Positions 1 to 7,872 of a stretch of 56,324 bases of DNA are shown in pieces. A model generated the notes under the pieces. That model did no database searches. It had not been told where the DNA came from and was given only the letters and a program-made list of their open reading frames with translations. How positions within the stretch are numbered: the stretch's first letter is position 1; each line of letters begins with the position of its first letter. The stretch spans positions 1 through 56,324 of IMG/VR virus record IMGVR_UViG_3300047369_000502, one strand, 5' to 3'. This DNA comes from a virus (lineage: Duplodnaviria; Caudoviricetes). The position numbers and the translations under genes are program-made.

Positions 1-196
1 AAATGTAGAAGATAAAACATGTTTCTTCTATAAACACATTGCGATTAGTCATGGCATTAAGTCACCTACAAAGAGAATTCCATATACTTGGATATTCGAT
101 GGTAACTTTAATTTAGCTAAACATCCAAAAAAAGAAATATTAGTTAATGCTAACACAACTAAATATTTGTGGGGCAGAGACTATCCAAACGAATAA
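1..196 (+). CDS. Partial ORF (C-terminus only); possible amino acid:DNA transferase / aGPT-pyrophosphorylase-like protein
   Basis: Frame 2 is open from the window start to TAA at 194-196 and reads NVEDKTCFFYKHIAISHG...DYPNE. The ExxxCxxxK motif resembles the C-terminal ExxLCExxKY motif of this family. It lies upstream of a PLP enzyme. Confidence 0.4.
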   Translation, partial: NVEDKTCFFYKHIAISHGIKSPTKRIPYTWIFDGNFNLAKHPKKEILVNANTTKYLWGRDYPNE

Positions 197-198
197 AA

Positions 199-654
199 AT
201 GGAAGATAATAAAAAATACGACATCGTTGTAGTTAGTGGAGGATTTGACCCCGTACATAAAGGTCATGTTAGAATGTTCAAAGCTGCTAAAAACATGGGC
301 CATAAAGTTATATGTGGCTTAAATTCTAATCAATGGTTAGTTAATAAAAAGGGTAAAGCATTTATGTCATTTGCAGAAAGAGCCGAAATATTAGAAGCAT
401 TCAAATATGTGGATGATGTTATGTCATTTAAGGACGATGATGCTGGTTCGGCAATTGAATTACTTATGAGAGTACATTCTCTTTATCCTGAACGTTCTAT
501 TGCGTTTGCAAATGGAGGTGATAGAACAAATAAGAATACACCAGAAATGGGCTTTTGTAGCGCGTATAACATAGATATGATATGGAATATTGGAGGTGGT
601 AAAATACAATCATCTTCTGAATTGATAAACAAAGCAAACGAATATGGCTCATAA
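199..654 (+). CDS. Cytidylyltransferase-like nucleotidyltransferase (RfaE domain II/TagD-like, HxGH)
   Basis: SGGFDPVHKGH motif, FANGGDR, C-terminal KIQSSS. ATG at 199 preferred over GTG at 169. Confidence 0.85.
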   Translation: MEDNKKYDIVVVSGGFDPVHKGHVRMFKAAKNMGHKVICGLNSNQWLVNKKGKAFMSFAERAEILEAFKYVDDVMSFKDDDAGSAIELLMRVHSLYPERSIAFANGGDRTNKNTPEMGFCSAYNIDMIWNIGGGKIQSSSELINKANEYGS

Positions 655-1561
655 TAAACACACTGAAAGTCTTTTTAATCAAGACATAAATTTAATGATG
701 CCAAATCGACAAGCATGGTTGGACCTTGCGGGTGATTGGGTTGACCCTTTTCCTGCACCGGAATTAGTAGACCACGATGGATTTAAAGTAGTAAGAGAAG
801 ACTTAATGGGATTTGGTTCAAAGTGTAGGTTTGGAGATATTTTAGTACAAACATGTCCAAAAGATACTTTAGTATACGTACAGCCGAGATATGGTTTTGC
901 TGGAATTTCACTTGCATATTTAGCCAAAAAATATAATAAGAAATTAGTTTTATTTAGTCCATCTCAAAAAGAGATTTCCGATCATCAAGCTATTTGTGTT
1001 GAAAGAGGGGCAGAAATGAAATTTAGAAGAGTCGCGGCGATGCCAAATCTAAATAGAATCGCAAAACAATGGGCAGAAGATAATAATGCGTTTTTTATTC
1101 CACTAGGACTTAAACATGAACTAGTCACTGCAGCTGCGGTAAAGGTAGCGTATGATTTAGCAGAAAAATATGGATATCCAGATGAAGTTTGGTCTGCTAT
1201 TTCAACTGGAGTATTACAACGTTCTTTACAAATAGCTTGGCCTGACGCTAAATTTAATGCAGTCGCTGTTGCTAGAAATATAAAAGCCGGCGAAAGAGGT
1301 AGGGCTACGATGTGGTCTCATCCAAAAGCGTTTAATCAAGATGTCAACAAAGAATATAATCCACCGTTTCCATCTGCTATGAATTACGATGCTAAAGCAT
1401 GGGAGTTTATGACAAAGCATGGTTCACCAGGTGCTTGGTTTTGGAATGTAGGTGGAGACCCAAAGCCAGAATTAGAAGATACGAAAATTATTACAGATTC
1501 TAGAAGAGACTGGGGAGAAATAAGAGATGAAAAAATGAAACAACCCACAGTAAATTCATAA
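644..1561 (+). CDS. PLP-dependent enzyme, fold type II (Trp synthase beta/ACC deaminase-like), of the type found in phage DNA hypermodification loci
   Basis: VREDLMGFGSK (Schiff-base Lys), GFAGISLAYLA, AISTGVL phosphate loop, NYDAKAW, FWNVG. Confidence 0.8.
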   Translation: MAHNKHTESLFNQDINLMMPNRQAWLDLAGDWVDPFPAPELVDHDGFKVVREDLMGFGSKCRFGDILVQTCPKDTLVYVQPRYGFAGISLAYLAKKYNKKLVLFSPSQKEISDHQAICVERGAEMKFRRVAAMPNLNRIAKQWAEDNNAFFIPLGLKHELVTAAAVKVAYDLAEKYGYPDEVWSAISTGVLQRSLQIAWPDAKFNAVAVARNIKAGERGRATMWSHPKAFNQDVNKEYNPPFPSAMNYDAKAWEFMTKHGSPGAWFWNVGGDPKPELEDTKIITDSRRDWGEIRDEKMKQPTVNS

Positions 1562-1584
1562 AATTAATATACAAATAAAAATAT

Positions 1585-2049
1585 ATGGCAAATTCAGATA
1601 ACAAATGTGCAGATTTAGAAGTTACAAACTTCTACGATACCGACAACGATACTTTAGGTTTGATTTACAATAAACAAATTGAACTACAAAAACGTTTAGG
1701 TTTTGATTTTACAGGTTGGACTCTTAAAGAGATAGCCGATTTTTGGTGTGTAAACAAACACGCAATGTCAGACGAACTAAATGAAATGTTTGATGCACTT
1801 GGAGGCATTAATGACGGCATTGGTTCAGCAGCTTGGAAATATTGGAAAGGTACGCACAAAGATGCTGCTAATATGAAAGTTGAAGATTTGTCAGAGGCTG
1901 ATAGGTTAGAATTATTTTATGAGTGGATTGATGGATTGCACTTTTATATGAATTTTGCAATTTCTATTGGAATGACAGCTAAAGATATTGTTAACTTGTA
2001 CATGGCAAAGAATGCAGAAAATCATGACAGACAAAACCGAGGCTATTAA
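1585..2049 (+). CDS. Dimeric all-alpha dUTPase/dCTPase (T4 gp56-like, MazG superfamily)
   Basis: DELNEM...WKYWK...EWIDGLHF...YMAKNAENHDRQNRGY. Confidence 0.85.
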   Translation: MANSDNKCADLEVTNFYDTDNDTLGLIYNKQIELQKRLGFDFTGWTLKEIADFWCVNKHAMSDELNEMFDALGGINDGIGSAAWKYWKGTHKDAANMKVEDLSEADRLELFYEWIDGLHFYMNFAISIGMTAKDIVNLYMAKNAENHDRQNRGY

Positions 2050-3452
2050 TGTTATTAGACATTGAACAAACAGATAAAGAATTAATTATCTCCTACTACA
2101 ATAAGGAAGGTAAAGTTTCTTTTAAAAGATATCCAGTCAGCCAATTCCAAAATTGGGTAGTGACTGAAGAAAAAGACAAATGGAAAGATGGTACAGTTAG
2201 AAACTGGGACGGGAGGCCACTTAAGAGAAGTTTGTCAAGAGGATTTAATAAGTTTTCTCTTCTTTATTTTATGGACAGTTTACCTGAAAAGGATAGAGAA
2301 GAAATTTATGAATTCAATATGCCAAGAACATACTTTGTCGATATTGAGACAGAGATTGTCGATGGTTTCCCTAAACCAGAAGAAGCTAAGTCAAGAATCT
2401 TAACTTTTTCCATTATTACACCCGAAAGAAAAGCAATTGTATTAGGTCTAGAAGACCTTTCTTCAGAGCAAATTAAAAAGATTGAAGACGATACAAATGC
2501 ACATATGAAAAATTATGACCAAGATTGGGAATTTAGCTATTACAAATTCGATAACGAATATAATATGTTATATACATTCTTGCATAAGTTTTTACCTAAG
2601 TTCCCAATGATGACAGGGTGGAATTTCATTAACTATGACTGGCAGTATATCGTTAATAGATGTAAAAGACTACAAATCGACCTGACTGAGGTGGCTATCA
2701 CTGGACAGTTAGATAGAAATGATAGTAGACCAGTTCATATGGGAATCTTAGATTACATGCAACTTTATGACAAATATGATAGGTCTGTTGCTGTAAAAGA
2801 ATCCAACTCACTTGATTTTGTATCAGGTGCAGTATTGGATGTACAGAAAATCAAATATACAGGTTCACTTCAAGATTTGTATGAAAATGATTTTCAAAAG
2901 TATGTTTACTATAACGTAGTCGACTCCGTGTTGGTTTACTATATAGATAAACAACTTAGATCGATGGAAGTTCTATTAACTCTTGCTACTATTACTAAAA
3001 TGCCTCTTTACAAAGCTGCGTCTCCCGTGGCAGTAACAGAATCGTTAATTGCAAGAAAATTAGCAGAACAAAACAAAAAGATCGGTATTGAATATGGTAG
3101 AGAAGACGCGAAAAAAGACGGTAAGTTTCAAGGCGCGTTTGTTAAACAACCGATTGTTGGATATTATAGTGGAGTAAGCGCCTTTGATTTCGCTTCTCTA
3201 TATCCTTCAATTATGAGACAGTTTAATATTTCTCCAGATTCATTTGTCGAACAAGTCAACGAAATCGATATAGCTGAGCGAAGAAAGGATAAAAATGTAA
3301 TTGTATGTGAGAATGGAGTAGTCTATAAAAAAGAAGATTCTATTCTTAAGAAAATCTTAAGTGACCTTTATGCACAACGTAAAGAATACAAAAAGACTTC
3401 TTATTCATATTATGAGAAAGCTCACGAAATTAAAAAAAAATTTAGGGTCTAA
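2049..3452 (+). CDS. Family-B DNA polymerase, N-terminal subunit (3'-5' exonuclease + motif A); gp43A-like
   Basis: ExoI DIET, ExoII GWNFINYD, ExoIII YNVVD, motif A DFASLYPSIM...NISP. Ends in the fingers helix and lacks motifs B and C. Confidence 0.9.
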   Translation: MLLDIEQTDKELIISYYNKEGKVSFKRYPVSQFQNWVVTEEKDKWKDGTVRNWDGRPLKRSLSRGFNKFSLLYFMDSLPEKDREEIYEFNMPRTYFVDIETEIVDGFPKPEEAKSRILTFSIITPERKAIVLGLEDLSSEQIKKIEDDTNAHMKNYDQDWEFSYYKFDNEYNMLYTFLHKFLPKFPMMTGWNFINYDWQYIVNRCKRLQIDLTEVAITGQLDRNDSRPVHMGILDYMQLYDKYDRSVAVKESNSLDFVSGAVLDVQKIKYTGSLQDLYENDFQKYVYYNVVDSVLVYYIDKQLRSMEVLLTLATITKMPLYKAASPVAVTESLIARKLAEQNKKIGIEYGREDAKKDGKFQGAFVKQPIVGYYSGVSAFDFASLYPSIMRQFNISPDSFVEQVNEIDIAERRKDKNVIVCENGVVYKKEDSILKKILSDLYAQRKEYKKTSYSYYEKAHEIKKKFRV

Positions 3453-3454
3453 TT

Positions 3455-3526
3455 TTAGAAGTTTTCAAATAGTAGCGCGATATATAAATTAACACATAGC
3501 AGCGCTGCTATTATTTAAACTTCTAA
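3455..3526. repeat. Long imperfect inverted repeat with a late-promoter motif in its loop and an internal 16-bp perfect palindrome
   Basis: TTAGAAGTTT(3455-64)/AAACTTCTAA(3517-26); AATAGTAGCGC/GCGCTGCTATT; ATAGCAGCGCTGCTAT at 3496-3511. Confidence 0.7.
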
Positions 3527-3606
3527 GAGATTGAAACTGGCCTATAGGCCTTTTTTAGTCTAAAGACCATTACGTCAAAAATATAATTAAAAAAAATAAT
3601 AGCAAT

Positions 3607-4611
3607 ATGTCATCACTCTTTAAAGAAAGAATAGAATTTAAGCCTTTTGAGTACCCAGAGTACTACACTGAAGGTTGGTTAAAACAAGCTCAAGCTTTTT
3701 GGTTACACACTGAAATTTCAATGCAAGGCGACGTCAAGGATTGGAATGAAAATCTTATGCCACATGAAAAGAATATCGTAGGAAATATTCTTTTAGGTTT
3801 TGCACAAACTGAATGTGCAGTATCTGATTATTGGACAACTATGGTAACTAGATGGTTTCCTAAACACGAAATCAAACAAATGGCAATGATGTTTGGTTCT
3901 CAAGAAACAATACACGCTACAGCTTATTCTTATTTAAACGAGACATTGGGTCTAGAAGATTTCGCAGCATTTCTTCATGAACCAGCAATTGCTGAAAAAT
4001 TTGAACTTTTAACTTCTACTTCTGCAGATTACACACATGAAGATTTGGCCACAAATCCCCAAGCAAGAAAGGAAGTTGCAAGGTCTTTAGCTATTTTTTC
4101 TGCGTTTGCAGAAGGTGTATCTCTTTATTCTTCATTTGCAGTATTATATTCATTTCAAATGAGAAACCTTCTTAAAGGTATCGGTCAACAAATGAAATGG
4201 TCAGTAAGAGATGAATCTTTACATTCAAAAATGGGATGTCAATTATTTAATCATATGTGTCAAGAATATCCTGAGCTGAAACAATCTGTAGAAAATGATG
4301 TAAAAGAAGCAGCTAAACTTATGAAAGACATGGAACATAAGTTTATTAATAAAATGTTTGAACAGGGTGATTTAGATAATATGAAAGCTGACGATCTTAA
4401 GCATTTTATTACTAAAAGAACTAATGAAAAATTAATGGAGTTAGGTTATGATTCTATTTTTGAGTTTAGCGAAGATAAAGCTTCTGAGTTAGATTGGTTT
4501 TATCACCTTACAGGTGGTCATACTCACACTGACTTTTTTGCGGTTAGACCAACTGATTACGCAAAAGCAGGTGAAGATGAAAACTGGGACGAAGACGATT
4601 TATTTGATTAA
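3607..4611 (+). CDS. nrdB: Ribonucleotide reductase class I beta subunit
   Basis: FKPFEYP, AFWLHTEI, ETIHATAY, EGVSLYSSF, RDESLH, HTDFF. Confidence 0.95.
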   Translation: MSSLFKERIEFKPFEYPEYYTEGWLKQAQAFWLHTEISMQGDVKDWNENLMPHEKNIVGNILLGFAQTECAVSDYWTTMVTRWFPKHEIKQMAMMFGSQETIHATAYSYLNETLGLEDFAAFLHEPAIAEKFELLTSTSADYTHEDLATNPQARKEVARSLAIFSAFAEGVSLYSSFAVLYSFQMRNLLKGIGQQMKWSVRDESLHSKMGCQLFNHMCQEYPELKQSVENDVKEAAKLMKDMEHKFINKMFEQGDLDNMKADDLKHFITKRTNEKLMELGYDSIFEFSEDKASELDWFYHLTGGHTHTDFFAVRPTDYAKAGEDENWDEDDLFD

Positions 4612-4624
4612 TACTAACTAAAAA

Positions 4625-6460
4625 ATGAACATGGCAAAAAAACAAACTAATGTAGTAAATCATGGCGAAGAACTAGGATGGGAACTTGGCGTTGATTTTC
4701 CTACATGGGCAAATACTGAAATTTACGTTAAAACAATAAGTAATGGTTACTTATACTATGATGAGAAACCAAAAGACGCTTATTGGAGAGTTGCAACTAC
4801 AATTGCAAGAAGACTTGGTAAACCAGAAATGGCTAGCAAGTTTTTTGATTATATATGGAAAGGCTGGTTAAATTTAGCATCTCCAGTTTTATCAAATACA
4901 GGTTTAGAAAGAGGTCTTCCTATTTCTTGCTTTGGTATCGACGTTGCTGATTCTATTCACGACATTGGTGCTAAAAACCTAGAAATGATGCTATTGGCAA
5001 AACATGGAGGAGGAGTTGGAATTGGAATCAATCAAATCAGACCAGCAGGCGCACAAATTAAAGGAAACGGAACATCAGATGGAGTTGTACCTTTCTGTAA
5101 AATCTATGACTCAACAATATTGGCAACCAATCAAGGTTCTGTGCGTAGAGGAGCAGCATCAGTTAACATTGATATTGAACATGATGATTTTTGGGAATGG
5201 CTAGAAATTAGAGAACCTAAAGGTGATGTAAATAGACAATCTTTAAACTTACATCAATGTGTTGTGGTTCCAGATGGTTTTATGCAAAAAGTAGAAGCTG
5301 GTGATAAAGAATCAAGAAAGCGTTGGGCTGCAGTTTTAAGAAAACGTAGAGCAACAGGCGAGCCATATATTTTCTTTAAAGGTAATATCAATCGTCAGAA
5401 TCCGGATGCTTACAAGAAAAATGGATTAAAGGTGTTTATGACGAACATATGTTCAGAGATTACACTACATACAGATGAAAATCACAGTTTTGTTTGTTGT
5501 TTATCATCTGTAAATTTAGCCAAATACGACGAGTGGAAAGATACCGACCTTATTTATACTGCAACTTGGTTTTTAGATGGTGTTCTTGAAGAATTTATTC
5601 AAAAGGCTAAATTTATGAGAGGATTTGAAAATTCAATCAGATCTGCAGAGAAAGGTAGAGCTCTTGGATTGGGTGTTCTTGGATGGCATACATATTTACA
5701 AGATAGAGGAATTCCATTTGAAGGCCTTTCTGCTCAATTTGAAACTCGTAAGATTTTTCAACAGTTAAGAACAGAAACAGAAAAAGCATCAAGGGATATG
5801 GCGTTGGAATTTGGTGAACCACTATGGTGTAGAGATACTGGAATGAGAAACACTCACTTAAGAGCGGTTGCACCTACAGTTTCTAATTCTAAATTAAGCG
5901 GCAATGTTTCTCCAGGTATTGAACCATGGGCAGCCAATGTTTTTACAGAGCAAACGGCTAAAGGTACATTTATTAGAAAAAATAAAACACTAGAAAGCGT
6001 TTTAAAAATAATTAACAAAGACACTAAGGCTACTTGGAATAAAATTCTAGAAGACGGAGGCTCAGTACAAGGTTTAGATTTCTTGCAAGATTATTATGTT
6101 GAAGTGGGTACAGTTATTACAAATAAAGAAAATGTAATATCTAAAGCAAAATACGATGCGCTTAATGAAATGCAAAAAGATAAATGGATTGTTGTTAAAA
6201 ATGTATTTAAAACATTTAAAGAAATTAATCAACTAGATTTAGTAAAGCAAGCGGGCGTAAGACAACAATATGTCGATCAATCTGTTAGTTTAAATTTAGC
6301 ATTTCCAAAAGAAGCTGAACCTAAGTTTATTAACCAAGTACATTTAGAAGCATATCGACAAGGTGTAAAAACACTTTATTATATGAGAACAGAATCGGTG
6401 TTGAGAGGAGATATAGCAAAAGCAGCTATAGACCCAGATTGCCTATCATGTGATGGATAA
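4625..6460 (+). CDS. nrdA: Ribonucleotide reductase class I alpha subunit (no ATP cone)
   Basis: ASPVLSN, PISCF, GGGVG, RRGA, TNICSEI, VCCLSS, APTVSNS, KTLYYMR, C-terminal CLSC. Confidence 0.95.
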   Translation: MNMAKKQTNVVNHGEELGWELGVDFPTWANTEIYVKTISNGYLYYDEKPKDAYWRVATTIARRLGKPEMASKFFDYIWKGWLNLASPVLSNTGLERGLPISCFGIDVADSIHDIGAKNLEMMLLAKHGGGVGIGINQIRPAGAQIKGNGTSDGVVPFCKIYDSTILATNQGSVRRGAASVNIDIEHDDFWEWLEIREPKGDVNRQSLNLHQCVVVPDGFMQKVEAGDKESRKRWAAVLRKRRATGEPYIFFKGNINRQNPDAYKKNGLKVFMTNICSEITLHTDENHSFVCCLSSVNLAKYDEWKDTDLIYTATWFLDGVLEEFIQKAKFMRGFENSIRSAEKGRALGLGVLGWHTYLQDRGIPFEGLSAQFETRKIFQQLRTETEKASRDMALEFGEPLWCRDTGMRNTHLRAVAPTVSNSKLSGNVSPGIEPWAANVFTEQTAKGTFIRKNKTLESVLKIINKDTKATWNKILEDGGSVQGLDFLQDYYVEVGTVITNKENVISKAKYDALNEMQKDKWIVVKNVFKTFKEINQLDLVKQAGVRQQYVDQSVSLNLAFPKEAEPKFINQVHLEAYRQGVKTLYYMRTESVLRGDIAKAAIDPDCLSCDG

Positions 6461-6511
6461 AGGTGTGGTTTGAAGACCACGTCTTAGGACCGAGATAGTT
6501 CTCGGAAAAAA

Positions 6512-6549
6512 AAGGCCAGGAGTTCGCTACTTCCTGGCCTTACTTTTTT
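6512..6549 (+). terminator. Intrinsic terminator after nrdA
   Basis: AAGGCCAGGA/TCCTGGCCTT stem followed by a T-tract. Confidence 0.75.
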
Positions 6550-6576
6550 GAAACATTTTATTTCCCCACGATATAA
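6550..6576 (+). promoter_or_regulatory. Middle-type promoter GAAAC-N17-TATAA
   Basis: GAAAC 6550-54 and TATAA 6572-76; the motif recurs about 15 times in intergenic positions. Confidence 0.7.
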
Positions 6577-6611
6577 TCTATGTTGTCGCAAATTAAAAAT
6601 ACAACAAAATT

Positions 6612-7016
6612 ATGGAAACATTATATTTTATTTTAGGTGCTCTTTCTGTGGTAACTTCGATTGCTATTTTGAGAGTGTTTATGATTAAGAAAGAACTTAA
6701 AGAGTTCACAAACGACCGGCTTAAAAGAGCTGAACTATATTTCGACGAATCAACAGATATGCTCGATCGAAGGATCGATCAAGAAATTGATAGAGTTGAT
6801 AGAATAGAAAGTAAATTATTTGAACATATCGATAAACTAGATAGTGATCGATATAAAAAATTAGAAGAAATCTATACTTATATTGATTCAAGAACTGATA
6901 AATTAGAGAATAGAATTGAAACTAAATTTAAAGACAACACATCATTTGTGGATAATATATTCCACGAACTAAATTCACTTAAATCGAGATTTGTTTCTGA
7001 GAAAGAAACTGTCTAA
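6612..7016 (+). CDS. Hypothetical protein, N-terminal transmembrane helix plus coiled coil
   Basis: Hydrophobic LYFILGALSVVTSIAILRVF followed by a charged heptad-like region; has its own promoter and terminator. Confidence 0.7.
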   Translation: METLYFILGALSVVTSIAILRVFMIKKELKEFTNDRLKRAELYFDESTDMLDRRIDQEIDRVDRIESKLFEHIDKLDSDRYKKLEEIYTYIDSRTDKLENRIETKFKDNTSFVDNIFHELNSLKSRFVSEKETV

Positions 7017-7037
7017 TTAACCCCAGCGACAACATTT

Positions 7038-7063
7038 GAAAGGGCTTCGGCCCTTTCTTTTTT
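7038..7063 (+). terminator. Intrinsic terminator
   Basis: GAAAGGGC-TTCG-GCCCTTTC followed by a T-tract. Confidence 0.85.
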
Positions 7064-7066
7064 ATT

Positions 7067-7093
7067 GAAACATTTTAACAAGACCAAGTATAA
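7067..7093 (+). promoter_or_regulatory. Middle-type promoter GAAAC-N17-TATAA
   Basis: GAAAC 7067-71, TATAA 7089-93. Confidence 0.7.
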
Positions 7094-7125
7094 TAATCAA
7101 ACATCATTAAATAATAATATTCATT

Positions 7126-7869
7126 ATGAAATTACAAATTAATCGCATTGACCAACATGCACTACCTGGATTTATTAATCGAGTTAAATTAATCGACTCT
7201 TTTGTTTACATGAAGATAAACAATGGACAAATTGAATCTACTGTATATCTTCCACAAAGAGATGCGGTAAAACATCACTCTGTAGAAGCTAATTCTATTT
7301 TTCAAGTAGATGAGTGGCCAGAAACCGATAAAGAAATGAAAATTGCATTCTTTGAAGGTTCTAAAGTTATTGATGCACTTAAGCACTTTGAAAGCGACGC
7401 TATTAAAGGTGAGTTAGAATTCGTAGAGAACGAAGGAGAATTAGTAGCATCTACTCTTAGAATTTTCAATGATGAATTAGAAATCACACTTGCGTGTTCA
7501 GAGCCATCTCTTGGCTTTAAAGACCTAACTCAAGAACAAAGAGATGTTATCTTTGCACGTAACGATGCAGAGTTTGACTTTAGCTTTGATACTCACATGA
7601 TTAACAAAGTTAAAAATCTATTCTCTCTTGACAAAGAAGAAACATTCGGTATTAAATCTGATGTTTCAGGTGTAAATGTAGACGGTAAATCATTTAACGT
7701 ACTATTGACACCAGACACTAGTGGTAACGGTAATGTTACCGTGTATAAAAAATATCTAAACTTATTAGACAAAGAAGAGCAAACTGTTTATGTTTCTGGT
7801 TCTAAAGTTGTTTTTGAATCAAACGACTCTACGACTTTATTGACAGTATCAACTTGCCAAACTGCCTAA
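7126..7869 (+). CDS. Probable DNA polymerase sliding clamp (gp45/PCNA-like)
   Basis: 247 aa, acidic, two-domain beta-alpha-beta pattern, directly upstream of the polymerase C-subunit; no diagnostic motif. Confidence 0.55.
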   Translation: MKLQINRIDQHALPGFINRVKLIDSFVYMKINNGQIESTVYLPQRDAVKHHSVEANSIFQVDEWPETDKEMKIAFFEGSKVIDALKHFESDAIKGELEFVENEGELVASTLRIFNDELEITLACSEPSLGFKDLTQEQRDVIFARNDAEFDFSFDTHMINKVKNLFSLDKEETFGIKSDVSGVNVDGKSFNVLLTPDTSGNGNVTVYKKYLNLLDKEEQTVYVSGSKVVFESNDSTTLLTVSTCQTA

Positions 7870-7872
7870 TAT

